In this document: positions 38,351 through 48,629 of the stretch, one piece after another
Numbering within the stretch: position 1 is the stretch's first letter
Layout: every line of letters starts with the position of its first letter
Translations under genes and position numbers: made by a program
Notes under the pieces: generated by a model
What the model saw: the letters and a program-made list of their open reading frames with translations, nothing else
Database searches by the model: none
What the model was told of the DNA's origin: nothing
DNA from: Candidatus Woesearchaeota archaeon
Lineage (GTDB): Archaea > Nanobdellota > Nanobdellia > Pacearchaeales > GW2011-AR1
Assembly: GCA_964608765.1 (NCBI GenBank)
Contig: CAZSPD010000004.1
Span: 658 to 64,657, forward strand
DNA length: 64,000 nucleotides
Reading direction: 5' to 3'

Positions 38351-38955
38351 AATAATTCATGCCCATATAAAGATATTCCTGATTCTTTTGACTCTTTTCC
38401 AACATTTAGCTCTTTTGATTTTAACATTTTTTTAAATTCCTCTATATTTGTTATTAATGGGCTTATTTGAATATTATGTGAGTATCGATAACTTGCACTC
38501 TCTCTTTCTATTGATTCTCTTAGGTTTTTATCCTTTAAATCATTCACTATGAACATTAAATCTATGTCTGATTGTTTATTTGCAGTTTCTTTAGCATAGC
38601 TTCCAAATAAAACAATAGAGAATATTTCAGAAATGTATTTTTCAGTTAACTTAGAAATTAAGTTTTCTATTATTGCTTTAAGCTTAGGATTCTTCTTATA
38701 AATTTCTTCTTTTTTCTTAATATCTGTTTCCTGAAGAAGATGCCTTGTTTTTGCATTCTCTAGGTTAAGTTTGCATTGCTTAGAGTTGCCTATTTTTAAC
38801 ACATTTATTATTTTTTCTTTCTCCATTACTGATATATGGATATAAGTAGGCCTATAACCTATCTTAAGTCTTCTAGATATTTCCATTATAGTTAATCCTG
38901 TGTCTATATTCTTTCTCATTAATTCTACAATCTTAAGTAATGTTTCTTGTCTCAT
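38332..38955 (-). CDS. wHTH-minimal nucleotidyltransferase (module 1)
   Basis: LFGSYAKETANKQSDIDL; N-terminal HTH. Confidence 0.9.
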   Translation of the reverse strand: MRQETLLKIVELMRKNIDTGLTIMEISRRLKIGYRPTYIHISVMEKEKIINVLKIGNSKQCKLNLENAKTRHLLQETDIKKKEEIYKKNPKLKAIIENLISKLTEKYISEIFSIVLFGSYAKETANKQSDIDLMFIVNDLKDKNLRESIERESASYRYSHNIQISPLITNIEEFKKMLKSKELNVGKESKESGISLYGHELFWRLIV

Positions 38956-38961
38956 TTTGAT

Positions 38962-38988
38962 TATTCATCTAATGAATAGTACTATTCA
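38962..38988. promoter_or_regulatory. Palindromic operator of MNT-HEPN module 1
   Basis: TATTCA-N5-TGAATA overlapping the perfect 16-bp palindrome TGAATAGTACTATTCA, between the TATA and the ATG. Confidence 0.6.
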
Positions 38989-39084
38989 CTTTAGTATATA
39001 AACATTTCTGTATACTCTTAGTGATATATTCTTATACTAGAAGGAGTATACCTATTTCTACTCTATTTTTTCTTAGAATTAACA

Positions 39085-39495
39085 ATTGTACCAGAAGGTG
39101 CTGTTTTTGTAAAAGGAAATTTCTTTCAAGAAGAATTTGAAAAAGACTTTGAGGAAGGCTACGATTTAATAATTGCTTCACTAGTTCTTCATTTCACAAA
39201 AAGAGAATACACCCCCAGGATTATCAAAAAAATCCAAGACTCAACTTCAAAAAATGGGTATAATTTTTTAATATTAATGTCTAATAAAGATTCTTTTTCA
39301 AAAAATAATTTAGATAGATTTTATCCTTCACTAGACGAAATATTAGAAATTTACAAAGATTGGAAAGTAATTAAAGTTCTTGAAGATGAAACAGAACCAG
39401 AACAACATTCTAACTCCAATGTTCAAGAACATCCTCATACACACCATCTTATTTTCATTATTTTTCAGAACCAAATATCCACTCTAAATTCTTAA
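39085..39495 (+). pseudogene. C-terminal half of a TehB-like SAM-dependent methyltransferase
   Basis: The frame upstream of the listed ORF gives FVKGNFF...YDLIIASLVLHF...KIQDSTSKNGYNFLI; motif I and a start codon are missing. Confidence 0.65.
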
Positions 39496-39681
39496 TCTTA
39501 AATCCAAAACAACTTCCCGTACTTATGTACATTATGTTTGGTTTTGTCACTTAAAAATAACACCAAAACCTAACATTTATAAACCTTAAATTCACTAATA
39601 TATTCAAGTATAAATCTTAAATTAATATAGATTAAATATACTAAAAAAGTGCAATAAAAACACCCCAAAAAATACTTAAAA

Positions 39682-40533
39682 ATGGTAAGAAAAACTCTGC
39701 TCAAAACAAATAGAAAAAATACTTCTAACACTTCTAATAATAAAAGATTCAAAAAAATAACTTTAATGATTCCATGCTATAATGAAGCAGAGAGTATAGG
39801 GCAATTAATTGAAGATGTTCCAGTAAAGAAGATTAATGATGCAGGATATAAAATTGAAGTTCTTGTAATTGATAATAATTGTACTGATAATACAGCAGAG
39901 ATTGCACAAAAGAAAGGTGCAAGAGTAATATCTGAGACTAAAAAAGGAAAAGGAAATGCAATCCGTGCTGGTTTTAGTAACATATCTAAAGATGTTGATT
40001 ATGTTGTTATGTTAGATGGAGATAATACTTACAAGCCAAAGGAAATTCTAAGATTAATTGAACCATTAGAGTCTGGATTTGCAGATGTTATTGTTGGTTC
40101 AAGATTAGAAGGTAAAATGACAACGCATGCTATGAGTAAATCACATAGATTTGCTAATTGGGTATTTACATTTTTAACAAGAACAATATATGGAGCAAAT
40201 GTTACAGATACTTGCACAGGATATTTTGCTTGGACAAGAGATGCAGTAAATACACTTAATAACCATATTAAATCACAAGGTTTTGCAATTGAAGCAGAAA
40301 TGATAAGTAAGATGTCGCGTCTTAAACTTAAAGTGTATTCAGTTCCAATAACTTATGCTCCAAGAGTGGGCGAAACAAAATCAAAACTTGCTCCAATAAA
40401 AGATGCAATGAAGATTATTTGGATGTTAATAAAAAATAGAAGCTGGAAACCTCAGGAAAACAATAAAAAAGATAAAAACGAAGTAAGTTCAATGAATAAA
40501 AGAGAAAAAAAGAAAAAGAAAAGGGGGGAGTAA
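39682..40533 (+). CDS. Glycosyltransferase family 2 (DPM-synthase-like)
   Basis: IPCYNEAESI, VIDNNCTDNT, GKGNAIRAGF, MLDGDNTY. Confidence 0.92.
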   Translation: MVRKTLLKTNRKNTSNTSNNKRFKKITLMIPCYNEAESIGQLIEDVPVKKINDAGYKIEVLVIDNNCTDNTAEIAQKKGARVISETKKGKGNAIRAGFSNISKDVDYVVMLDGDNTYKPKEILRLIEPLESGFADVIVGSRLEGKMTTHAMSKSHRFANWVFTFLTRTIYGANVTDTCTGYFAWTRDAVNTLNNHIKSQGFAIEAEMISKMSRLKLKVYSVPITYAPRVGETKSKLAPIKDAMKIIWMLIKNRSWKPQENNKKDKNEVSSMNKREKKKKKRGE

Positions 40534-40540
40534 TTGAAAG

Positions 40541-41629
40541 ATGAAAATAGTTCATGTCCTTGCTTATTATGGAGACTATTTAGGAGGAATCCAAAATTAT
40601 GTTAAAGAATTGGCTAAAAGACAAAAAGCAGAAGGACATGATGTTAAAATAATTACTTCTAATTTAAAAGGGAATCAAAATTTATTAGACGGAATTAAGA
40701 TTATACGATGTAATTCTTGGTTTTCTCTATTTAGAACTCCATTTATGCCCTCCATCCTAAAAAAATTGTTGAATGAAAATTGTGATGTTGTCCATGCACA
40801 TTTACCTTCGCCAGGATTAGATTTAGCTGTTTCAATTAAAAAAATATTAAGCCCAAAGACAAGATTGGTATTAACAATACATAATTACGCCCCAAGAACA
40901 AGTTCAATAAAAAAGATATTTGCATTTATTAATGATAGAATCTTGCTGCAATTTGCCTTGAGAAGCGCAGACAAGATAATTTTTACAAATAAAGGGTTTG
41001 CTAATTCATTAAAATACCCTTTTGATAAAAAAAAGATGATTATTCTCCCTTTGGGAGTAGATTTAAAAAAATTTAAGCCGAGTGCTAAATATAACCCTAA
41101 TCAAATATTATTTGTAGGACGGATGATTCCAGAAAAGGGTTTACATATTTTAGTTAAATCCATTCAACTAATTAATAAAGAATATCCTAAATTAAAGCTG
41201 CTGGCAATAGTTTCAGAGGTTTATGAAGGATTTAATAAATACGAATCCGATATTATTCGAGAAGGGAAAGGATTTCTTAGAGTATTAAAGAACATTTCTA
41301 ATGAAAGGATATCTAGTTATTATTCAAATTCAAAATTACTCGTAATGCCAAGTATAGACATTGATAGTTTTGGTTTTGTATTAATTGAAGCAATGGCTTG
41401 CGGTTGCCCGGTCATTACTTCGGATTTACCTGGCCCTGCCAGTATAATCAATAAGAAAGTTGGTTTAGTGACTAAAAGGGGAGATATAGATGATACGAAA
41501 AAGGCTATTTTAAGTATTTTAAAGAATAAAGATTATGATATATTGAGGGGAAATTGTAGAGATTATGTAACAAATAATTTTAATTGGGATAAAATAAATA
41601 AAAAAATGTTGGACATATATAAAGAATGA
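40541..41629 (+). CDS. Glycosyltransferase family 4
   Basis: GGIQNY, LFVGRMIPEKG, DSFGFVLIEAMACG. Confidence 0.92.
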   Translation: MKIVHVLAYYGDYLGGIQNYVKELAKRQKAEGHDVKIITSNLKGNQNLLDGIKIIRCNSWFSLFRTPFMPSILKKLLNENCDVVHAHLPSPGLDLAVSIKKILSPKTRLVLTIHNYAPRTSSIKKIFAFINDRILLQFALRSADKIIFTNKGFANSLKYPFDKKKMIILPLGVDLKKFKPSAKYNPNQILFVGRMIPEKGLHILVKSIQLINKEYPKLKLLAIVSEVYEGFNKYESDIIREGKGFLRVLKNISNERISSYYSNSKLLVMPSIDIDSFGFVLIEAMACGCPVITSDLPGPASIINKKVGLVTKRGDIDDTKKAILSILKNKDYDILRGNCRDYVTNNFNWDKINKKMLDIYKE

Positions 41630-42585
41630 ACAAAAAATCATTATCTGTAGTTATTTTGACTTATAATTCCTGTAAAACTATTGGTAAATGTTTGCGGTCT
41701 TTAGAGAATCAGGAAAATAAAGATTTTGAAATACTCATTGTAGATGATGATTCAACAGACGATACCTTAAAGATTGTTAAATCATTTTTTTCTAAATCTA
41801 AAATACCGTTTAAAATACTAAAAAATGGGGCCCATAGCATCTCCAGAGGGAGGAACATAGGTATTAAAGAATGTAAGACTAGATATATTACTTTTTTAGA
41901 CTCTGATGCATATGCTCATAAAGATTGGGTTAAAAACATATTACTTAATTTTAAAGAAGATCCGGAATTATCTGTGGTAGGGGGAAACACTTTACCTGTT
42001 TATACTAGCAAATTGTCATATGCAAATGCTTTGGTTTATGAAACAATAAGGAATTTAACTAGGAAGGGTTTATGGAAGATTGAAGGAGGGAATTCAGCAT
42101 TTGATACTAGGAAACTAAAAGGGGAATTATTTGACGAAAGGTTTAAACACTGCGAAGATGTAGAATTTTTTAGTAGAATTAAAAATAAACACAAAATTAA
42201 ACATGATTCTTCAATAAAAATTGATCATGAACATAGAGATAGTTTAAAGAAATATTTTATTCAACAATATAAATACGGAACTTGGGAATTATTTTTTAAT
42301 TTTTCAAAAAAACAGGAGATAAGACTAGCTTCATTTATCCCCTCATTATTAATTTTGAGTTCCGTATCTTTGGCTTTATTTAACTTACTTTTCATTTTCA
42401 TAATTCCTTTAATGAGCTTGGCATTATCTTTATTTGTTTGGTTATATAAAAAATCTCAAATAAAATTTTTACCTTATTTCTTTATTAGCTTTTTATTTAA
42501 AATAATAGGTTGGGGGAGCGGAGTAATAATCGGATTCATTGAGGTTATTTTTAGGAGTAAAAGATATAAATCTTTATTAAAATAA
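41626..42585 (+). CDS. Glycosyltransferase family 2 with C-terminal TMs
   Basis: VVILTYN, IVDDDSTDDT, FLDSDA, EDVEF. Confidence 0.9.
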   Translation: MNKKSLSVVILTYNSCKTIGKCLRSLENQENKDFEILIVDDDSTDDTLKIVKSFFSKSKIPFKILKNGAHSISRGRNIGIKECKTRYITFLDSDAYAHKDWVKNILLNFKEDPELSVVGGNTLPVYTSKLSYANALVYETIRNLTRKGLWKIEGGNSAFDTRKLKGELFDERFKHCEDVEFFSRIKNKHKIKHDSSIKIDHEHRDSLKKYFIQQYKYGTWELFFNFSKKQEIRLASFIPSLLILSSVSLALFNLLFIFIIPLMSLALSLFVWLYKKSQIKFLPYFFISFLFKIIGWGSGVIIGFIEVIFRSKRYKSLLK

Positions 42586-42586
42586 A

Positions 42587-42958
42587 ATGAAATTTATCCA
42601 GGCATCAAGTTTTTATTTTCTACATCCGGAATGTACAGAACAATGGATAAGGAATTTATCAAAACACTTTGGGAAAAAAGAATATAAATTTGAAGTATTC
42701 ACTTCTTATATGTATTATCTAAAAGATAAGCAAATAAAACCAACAAAAAATCTTAAAATTTATCATCTTTTTACAAAAGAGATTAATGAGTTATTACTAG
42801 ATAATATACTATCTAAAAATTTACTTATAGAATATTTAGAATTGCCTAAAAAACACAAAGGAGATAAGATGATTGAACAAACAGAAAAAGTTTACGAGGA
42901 ATCTCTTAGAGATCATAATAAAAAACTAAATCAAAAAAAAAGTGAAGGATATAAATGA
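42587..42958 (+). pseudogene. Internally deleted GT4 remnant
   Basis: GT4-like N-terminus (MKFIQ...EQWIRNLSKHF...FEVFTS) joined to a GT4-like C-terminal helix (MIEQTEKVYEE); core motifs absent. Confidence 0.55.
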
Positions 42959-45342
42959 CTTCCTACAAATATCAAAAGCAACATGCAAGCAATTATAATT
43001 ACAAGCCTAAACGGAGTTTTAAACAAAGAGTCAAAAACTTCTTTACAATTCCTGAAGAAGATTTAAAGGAAGAACCAGCAAAACAATTTGAAAAGATTAA
43101 ATTATTTACTCTAACTCGTGGAAGTTTGTTTTTAGGTATCTTAATTTTTATGATGCTCATTAATATACTTGTGGGATTTAACATAAACTTTCTTTATCTT
43201 AGGCAAATATTAGGATTTTTATTTTTAATTTTAGTGCCTGGGCTGTTGATTATGCTGTGTTTTAAGATTAGGACAGTTAAATTTTGGGAATATTTAGTTT
43301 ACACCGTAGGACTGAGTGTAGCATTTATCATGTTTGCAGGGTTAGCTGTTAATTGGACTTTACCTGCATTAAATATAACAGATAAACCTCTTTCACTTTG
43401 GCCTATTTTAATTTGCTTTAATATATTTCTCTTAGCATTATGGTTTACAGCAGTGTATAGAAATAGAGACTTAAGACCATTTGATATTACAATACCCAAA
43501 CTTGATGCAATCAATAGAATATTTTTTATAATTCCAATATTTTTTCCACTACTTTCAATATTAGGAGCTTTCTTACTTAACAATCACGGCCCAAATATCC
43601 TGACAATGATAATGCTTGGGACAATAGCAATTTATGTTTTGCTTTTAGTCATATTTAGGAAAAGGATGAATGAAAATGTGTGGCCTTGGGCTTTGTGGAT
43701 GATAGGATTGGCCTTGTTATTTAGCTCAGGAATGAGAAGTTGGAACATTTTTGGGGGAGATACAAGATTAGAGTCGTTTGTATCTCAATTGACTTTTTCT
43801 GAAGGCGTTTGGAGTATTAATAATTTTAATAATGCATATAATGCTATGCTTAGTGTTTCAATTTTACCTACTCTTATTCATAATATTTCAAATCTTGATT
43901 TATTGATTGTTCTTAAGTTAGTTTTCCCAATACTATTCTCTTTAACGATATTAATTGTATATTTTATATCTAAGAAATTTAATAATATTATTGGTTTTTT
44001 ATCAGCATTCTTATACCTTTCTAATACGCAGTTCTTTTCTGGATCATTGATTCCATTCCGTCAAGAAATGGCTCTTTTATTTTTTGGTTTGATGCTTTTA
44101 GTCCTTTTTACAAAGGATTTTAATGATACAATAAAAAAATTATTATTTATAATCTTTGGTATTTCAATGATCGTCTCACATTATTCTACTTCTTACATTG
44201 CTCTCGCTTTATTTACTTTAACATATATTATAAGTTTAGCTTATAAGACATACGAAAAACAGAAAATAAAAAGAGGGAAGTTATTTGAATCACAAAAATT
44301 AGAGGTTTATTTAACTGGATTTTTGGTTTTACTATTGTTAATTTTTGGATTTTTATGGTATAGCCAAGTTACTCCAATTGGAGGGGGTTTTATAGATTTT
44401 ACAAAAAAAAGTCTTTCAAATATGGGAAACATGTTCACTGAGGACGTACAAGCAGACATAAGTTCTCCTTTAAATCATTTTAATATTTTTTACAAACCAA
44501 ATCCCGATAGTGTATTTAAGGAGTATATAAACGAGATAAATGCTGATTCTTCGATAAATGAAAGCTATTCTATTAAACAACAATTCCCAGAATTATTAGA
44601 TCCAAAAACAAATTATTCAAACTTAAAATTTATATTACTTACATCAGAAATAATTAAGAAACTTATTAAATTTTTGATAATCTTTGGATTTTTTGGCTTG
44701 TTATTCTCAAAGAATTTTTCTCAAAGGACATTCTTTATAATAATTACTTTTATCTTTTTTATCTTAATGTTAATCTTACCATTTATCTCAATAGACTATA
44801 GCATTATTAGGGCATACCAACAATTTTTGATATTGCTTTCTCCCTTGCCAGTATTAGCTTTTTGCATGTTATTTAAATCAAGGAGATATAATTCTGGAAT
44901 CTTATTAATTTCTTTTATATTGTCCTTGTTCTTTCTTTTTTCAACAAGCTTTATATTTCAAATATCTGGGGGGCACTTTCCTTCAGGAAATCTTAATAAT
45001 CTTGGTAACGACTATGATTTATATTTTACAAATAATGCAGAGATAGCAGGGTCTAATTGGTTATTTAAGAGCTATCACCAAGATTCAGATATTTTTTCAA
45101 CAAGATATTCCCTGAAAAAATTATACCTTTCTCCAAGTTATAATAAAAGAAAGATTATTGAAAACTTAATCTTGGGGGTATTTAAAGAAGATAACTATAT
45201 TTATTTTGGGCAACCAGAAATATCTGGAAAAGGTTATGACACTTTTAATGGCAACTTAATAATTTATTCCACTCCCAATACGGCTTTAGAGATCAGGAGA
45301 AATACTATATACTCTAATGGAGGTTCAAAGGCATTTAGATGA
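42955..45342 (+). CDS. DUF2206-like polytopic membrane protein
   Basis: LILVPGLL, YTVGLSVAFIMFAG, YNAMLSVSILP, HYSTSY, IYSNGGSKAF; many TMs. Confidence 0.8.
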   Translation: MTSYKYQKQHASNYNYKPKRSFKQRVKNFFTIPEEDLKEEPAKQFEKIKLFTLTRGSLFLGILIFMMLINILVGFNINFLYLRQILGFLFLILVPGLLIMLCFKIRTVKFWEYLVYTVGLSVAFIMFAGLAVNWTLPALNITDKPLSLWPILICFNIFLLALWFTAVYRNRDLRPFDITIPKLDAINRIFFIIPIFFPLLSILGAFLLNNHGPNILTMIMLGTIAIYVLLLVIFRKRMNENVWPWALWMIGLALLFSSGMRSWNIFGGDTRLESFVSQLTFSEGVWSINNFNNAYNAMLSVSILPTLIHNISNLDLLIVLKLVFPILFSLTILIVYFISKKFNNIIGFLSAFLYLSNTQFFSGSLIPFRQEMALLFFGLMLLVLFTKDFNDTIKKLLFIIFGISMIVSHYSTSYIALALFTLTYIISLAYKTYEKQKIKRGKLFESQKLEVYLTGFLVLLLLIFGFLWYSQVTPIGGGFIDFTKKSLSNMGNMFTEDVQADISSPLNHFNIFYKPNPDSVFKEYINEINADSSINESYSIKQQFPELLDPKTNYSNLKFILLTSEIIKKLIKFLIIFGFFGLLFSKNFSQRTFFIIITFIFFILMLILPFISIDYSIIRAYQQFLILLSPLPVLAFCMLFKSRRYNSGILLISFILSLFFLFSTSFIFQISGGHFPSGNLNNLGNDYDLYFTNNAEIAGSNWLFKSYHQDSDIFSTRYSLKKLYLSPSYNKRKIIENLILGVFKEDNYIYFGQPEISGKGYDTFNGNLIIYSTPNTALEIRRNTIYSNGGSKAFR

Positions 45343-46409
45343 GAACAGATAAGAGAAAAATAGGTTTTTTAATATTATCCCCTAATTGGTCTGGAGCAGA
45401 GAATGCATTAAAAAATATATTGATAAACTTGGGAAAGTTTGGAGAGGAAACATGTATCTATTGTAATTCTGAAATTTGTAAGTATTATGTTAATATTAAA
45501 GGAAACCAAATATTTGATTTAGGACCTTTAAACATTAAGAGCAAATTAAGGTTTATAAATTATATCAACATAAAAAATAAACTAGAAAAAATATTGTCTA
45601 ATAATAGAGTAGGAGTTTTATTTATAATGCTAGACGGTTCTTTCTTTGTGGCTAGAGGGTTAAACACTAAATTTAAAATACCAATTTTACTTAACCTTCG
45701 TGGAGAAGAGATTAATAATTATGCCACTAATAAATTTTCTTTGGGAAATATATTTATTAAATATTGGATTAAAAATTCTGAAAAGATTATCTCTGTTTCT
45801 AGTAATCAAATAGAAAAATTTCCAGAAAAATATAAACAAAAAACAGTAACAATCTCAAACGGAGTAGATTTAAAATTGTTTAAACCACTAAGTAGCCTTA
45901 AAAAAAAGAAAAATGTGGTTTTATTTGTGGGGAGACTTAAAAAAGAAAAAGGAATTAAAGAGATTCTGACCGTTGCCAAACAACTTCCTCAATATGAATT
46001 TTGGTTTGTAGGTCAAGGTCCTCTTGAGAATTTGATTAATTTACCCAACACAAAGAATTTTGGATTTAAATCAACAGAGGAATTAGTTAAATTGTACAAT
46101 CAAGCAACAATTTGCATTTCTCCTTCTTATAGGGAAGGTTTTAGTAACGTAGGGTTAGAGGTTCTTGCATGCGGGAGAGTCCTCATTTGCACTCCTCCAT
46201 TTTTAGAATATATTGAAAATGAAAAAGATGGAATAATAATTCCTACAAAAGATGAAAAAGCATTGAAAGATGCCATTGTTGACTTAATGACAAATGAGAA
46301 AAAGAGAGAAATCCTTGAAAAAAATGCTCGGAGGAAAGCGTTGCAATATTCTTGGGATAAGGTTGCTGAGCAATATTTGCTATTATGTGAGGGGTTATCT
46401 ATAAAATGA
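45339..46409 (+). CDS. Glycosyltransferase family 4
   Basis: SGAE, FVGRLKKEKG, PSYREGFSNVGLEVLACG. Confidence 0.9.
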   Translation: MRTDKRKIGFLILSPNWSGAENALKNILINLGKFGEETCIYCNSEICKYYVNIKGNQIFDLGPLNIKSKLRFINYINIKNKLEKILSNNRVGVLFIMLDGSFFVARGLNTKFKIPILLNLRGEEINNYATNKFSLGNIFIKYWIKNSEKIISVSSNQIEKFPEKYKQKTVTISNGVDLKLFKPLSSLKKKKNVVLFVGRLKKEKGIKEILTVAKQLPQYEFWFVGQGPLENLINLPNTKNFGFKSTEELVKLYNQATICISPSYREGFSNVGLEVLACGRVLICTPPFLEYIENEKDGIIIPTKDEKALKDAIVDLMTNEKKREILEKNARRKALQYSWDKVAEQYLLLCEGLSIK

Positions 46410-47446
46410 AAGTAAATGTAAATTATATTAGGTGGGGTAGAGATGATGCTGTAGGAAAAGTAAGCGACAATATTCTTAGCCACATTAATAAGAAACAAAA
46501 TATAAATACTGTAGTTTTAGAAGCTAAATCGTCTAATGTTTATAAGAGAGTGTTAAGGATAATTAAGAGCACTTTTAAAATTGCCTATCTTTTATTTAAA
46601 AAAGAGGTTGTCCACTTTGAAGAGTCAAAAAGATTTGAAACAAATATAAATATTCTAATAAGAAATAAGAGATCTGTGCTAACTGTACATCATATTGATT
46701 ACGATAAGAATTATTTGAATTCTCTTTTTTTAAAATTAAAATACCGTTCTTTTTCAAAGATTATTGCAGTATCAGAAAATACTAAAAAAGATATAATTAA
46801 CAAATATAGGATTAGTAGCTCAAAGATTATAACTGCCTATAATGGGGTTAATAAAAGTATTTTCAGGCCTCTTAATAAAAAAAGTTTCGACTTAGTTGGA
46901 AAAAAATATATTTTGTATTTGGGAAGCGAAGTACCTAGGAAAAATATATATAACCTGCTTAAAGCATTCAAAGAAATTCTCCTTAAACATCCTAACTTGT
47001 TTTTGGTCAAAGCAGGGTATTCGGGGGGAGATAAATATAGAGAAAATACTAAAAAAATTATACAAGATTTGGGGCTTAGAGATAGGGTCATACTCATATC
47101 TAAAAGATTAAATGAGAAAGATCTTCCTTTATATTATTCAAATTCTGAACTGTTTATTTATCCTACTTTGCAAGAAGGGTTTGGAATGCCTTTAGTAGAG
47201 GCAATGGCATGCGGCTGCCCGATTGTTACTTCTAATATTAACCCCATGAAAGAGATAGCAAGAGGTCAAGTTTTGGTAAATCCCTTTAAGTATAAGGATA
47301 TCGCTAAAGGTATTGACAAAGTGTTATCTTCCGAAAAATATAAAAAAGAACTAAAAGAAAAAGCAATAACTCGCTCAAATGATTTTGATTGGGAAGAGTC
47401 TGCTAATAAGATTCTGAATATTTACAAAGAACTAAAGAGTATTTAG
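46406..47446 (+). CDS. Glycosyltransferase family 4
   Basis: PRKNI, EGFGMPLVEAMACGCP. Confidence 0.92.
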   Translation: MKVNVNYIRWGRDDAVGKVSDNILSHINKKQNINTVVLEAKSSNVYKRVLRIIKSTFKIAYLLFKKEVVHFEESKRFETNINILIRNKRSVLTVHHIDYDKNYLNSLFLKLKYRSFSKIIAVSENTKKDIINKYRISSSKIITAYNGVNKSIFRPLNKKSFDLVGKKYILYLGSEVPRKNIYNLLKAFKEILLKHPNLFLVKAGYSGGDKYRENTKKIIQDLGLRDRVILISKRLNEKDLPLYYSNSELFIYPTLQEGFGMPLVEAMACGCPIVTSNINPMKEIARGQVLVNPFKYKDIAKGIDKVLSSEKYKKELKEKAITRSNDFDWEESANKILNIYKELKSI

Positions 47447-47448
47447 TA

Positions 47449-48585
47449 TCATTTATTCACTAGTCTTCTTATTTTTTCTATAAATTTTTTGATTTCTTTT
47501 TCAAAAAAATCTTTTTTCCCTTTATTATTTCTCTTTATAGAATTGCACACTTTATGGTATATCTTTTTTTTATCATTTATTCCACTAATTTTAACATAGT
47601 CTTTTTCTTTTCCTATATCTTTCATAAATGCTATATTCTTTAGATTGTATGAAAAATTGAAAAAATTGGTTTCACTTCCAAAGGCTAATATTGAAGAATG
47701 GAGCATCATGCATAAAACGAAATCCATTTTTCCATAATAATACTTCATCTTTTTAGGGGAAAGGTTTACAACAGTAATATCTCTAAATAATTTATTTAAC
47801 CTTTTTATTACATATTTTTCTTTAGGATGGTGTTTAAAATAGTAAATCTTTATTGGTTTTTTTAAGCTTAAATTGTTTATGACATACCCATAAGTTTCAA
47901 TTATCTCGTCTACCTTCTTTTTGTTAATTGAGCTGACATGGAAACCTATGTTTATTCCAAGGTTAAATTTATTTCTATCGATTTTAAGTTTTTTTGATTT
48001 TTCCTCGGATAAGAGTATTGAAGGACATCCTATATTTGGAGTGTCTTTATCTAACTCGTTTTTTAATATCTTTAATGTCTCTTGATCTCTAACTGAGGAT
48101 AACTTCGCCATTCCATTGAGGAGCTTTATACTTTTTTTCACCTTCTTAGTTAATTTCGGGTGGTTTAAGTTTATATTCGCCCCAGGAGAGAATATAACTA
48201 GTGGCTTTTTTATATAGGTCAATATCTTTTTATCTAAAGGAAAGAATGAGTTAGAATAAATACCTCCTCCTCCTATAATCACTAAGTCATGATTATTTAT
48301 TTTTTTTACTATCCTCCTTATTTCTACTTTTCTTATTTTTCTGTAAACTTTTTTAAGCGGACTTACCATTGGAACGATTTTAGAACCGAGTGGCCCTTTA
48401 GAAGTATCGTCTATTAATACAGGGTATTCTCTTTCTTTTAACTGTTTTATCAAACAGTGAGTATATCTATATATGTCAATATTCTCTTTTAATAAATCTT
48501 CAATTGATAGGGTAATTGCTATATCTCCCTTGTTACATTTCATTTCAGGGTGAAAGTGTATCACACTTATTTTGTTTTTTTTCAT
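47449..48585 (-). CDS. Polysaccharide pyruvyl transferase family protein
   Basis: NKGDIAI, IIGGGGIY, SSVRDQET, MMLHSSILA. Confidence 0.85.
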   Translation of the reverse strand: MKKNKISVIHFHPEMKCNKGDIAITLSIEDLLKENIDIYRYTHCLIKQLKEREYPVLIDDTSKGPLGSKIVPMVSPLKKVYRKIRKVEIRRIVKKINNHDLVIIGGGGIYSNSFFPLDKKILTYIKKPLVIFSPGANINLNHPKLTKKVKKSIKLLNGMAKLSSVRDQETLKILKNELDKDTPNIGCPSILLSEEKSKKLKIDRNKFNLGINIGFHVSSINKKKVDEIIETYGYVINNLSLKKPIKIYYFKHHPKEKYVIKRLNKLFRDITVVNLSPKKMKYYYGKMDFVLCMMLHSSILAFGSETNFFNFSYNLKNIAFMKDIGKEKDYVKISGINDKKKIYHKVCNSIKRNNKGKKDFFEKEIKKFIEKIRRLVNK

Positions 48586-48629
48586 ATTGCGATATGTCTT
48601 ATAATAACGACTCCTTTTTATATTTTTTA

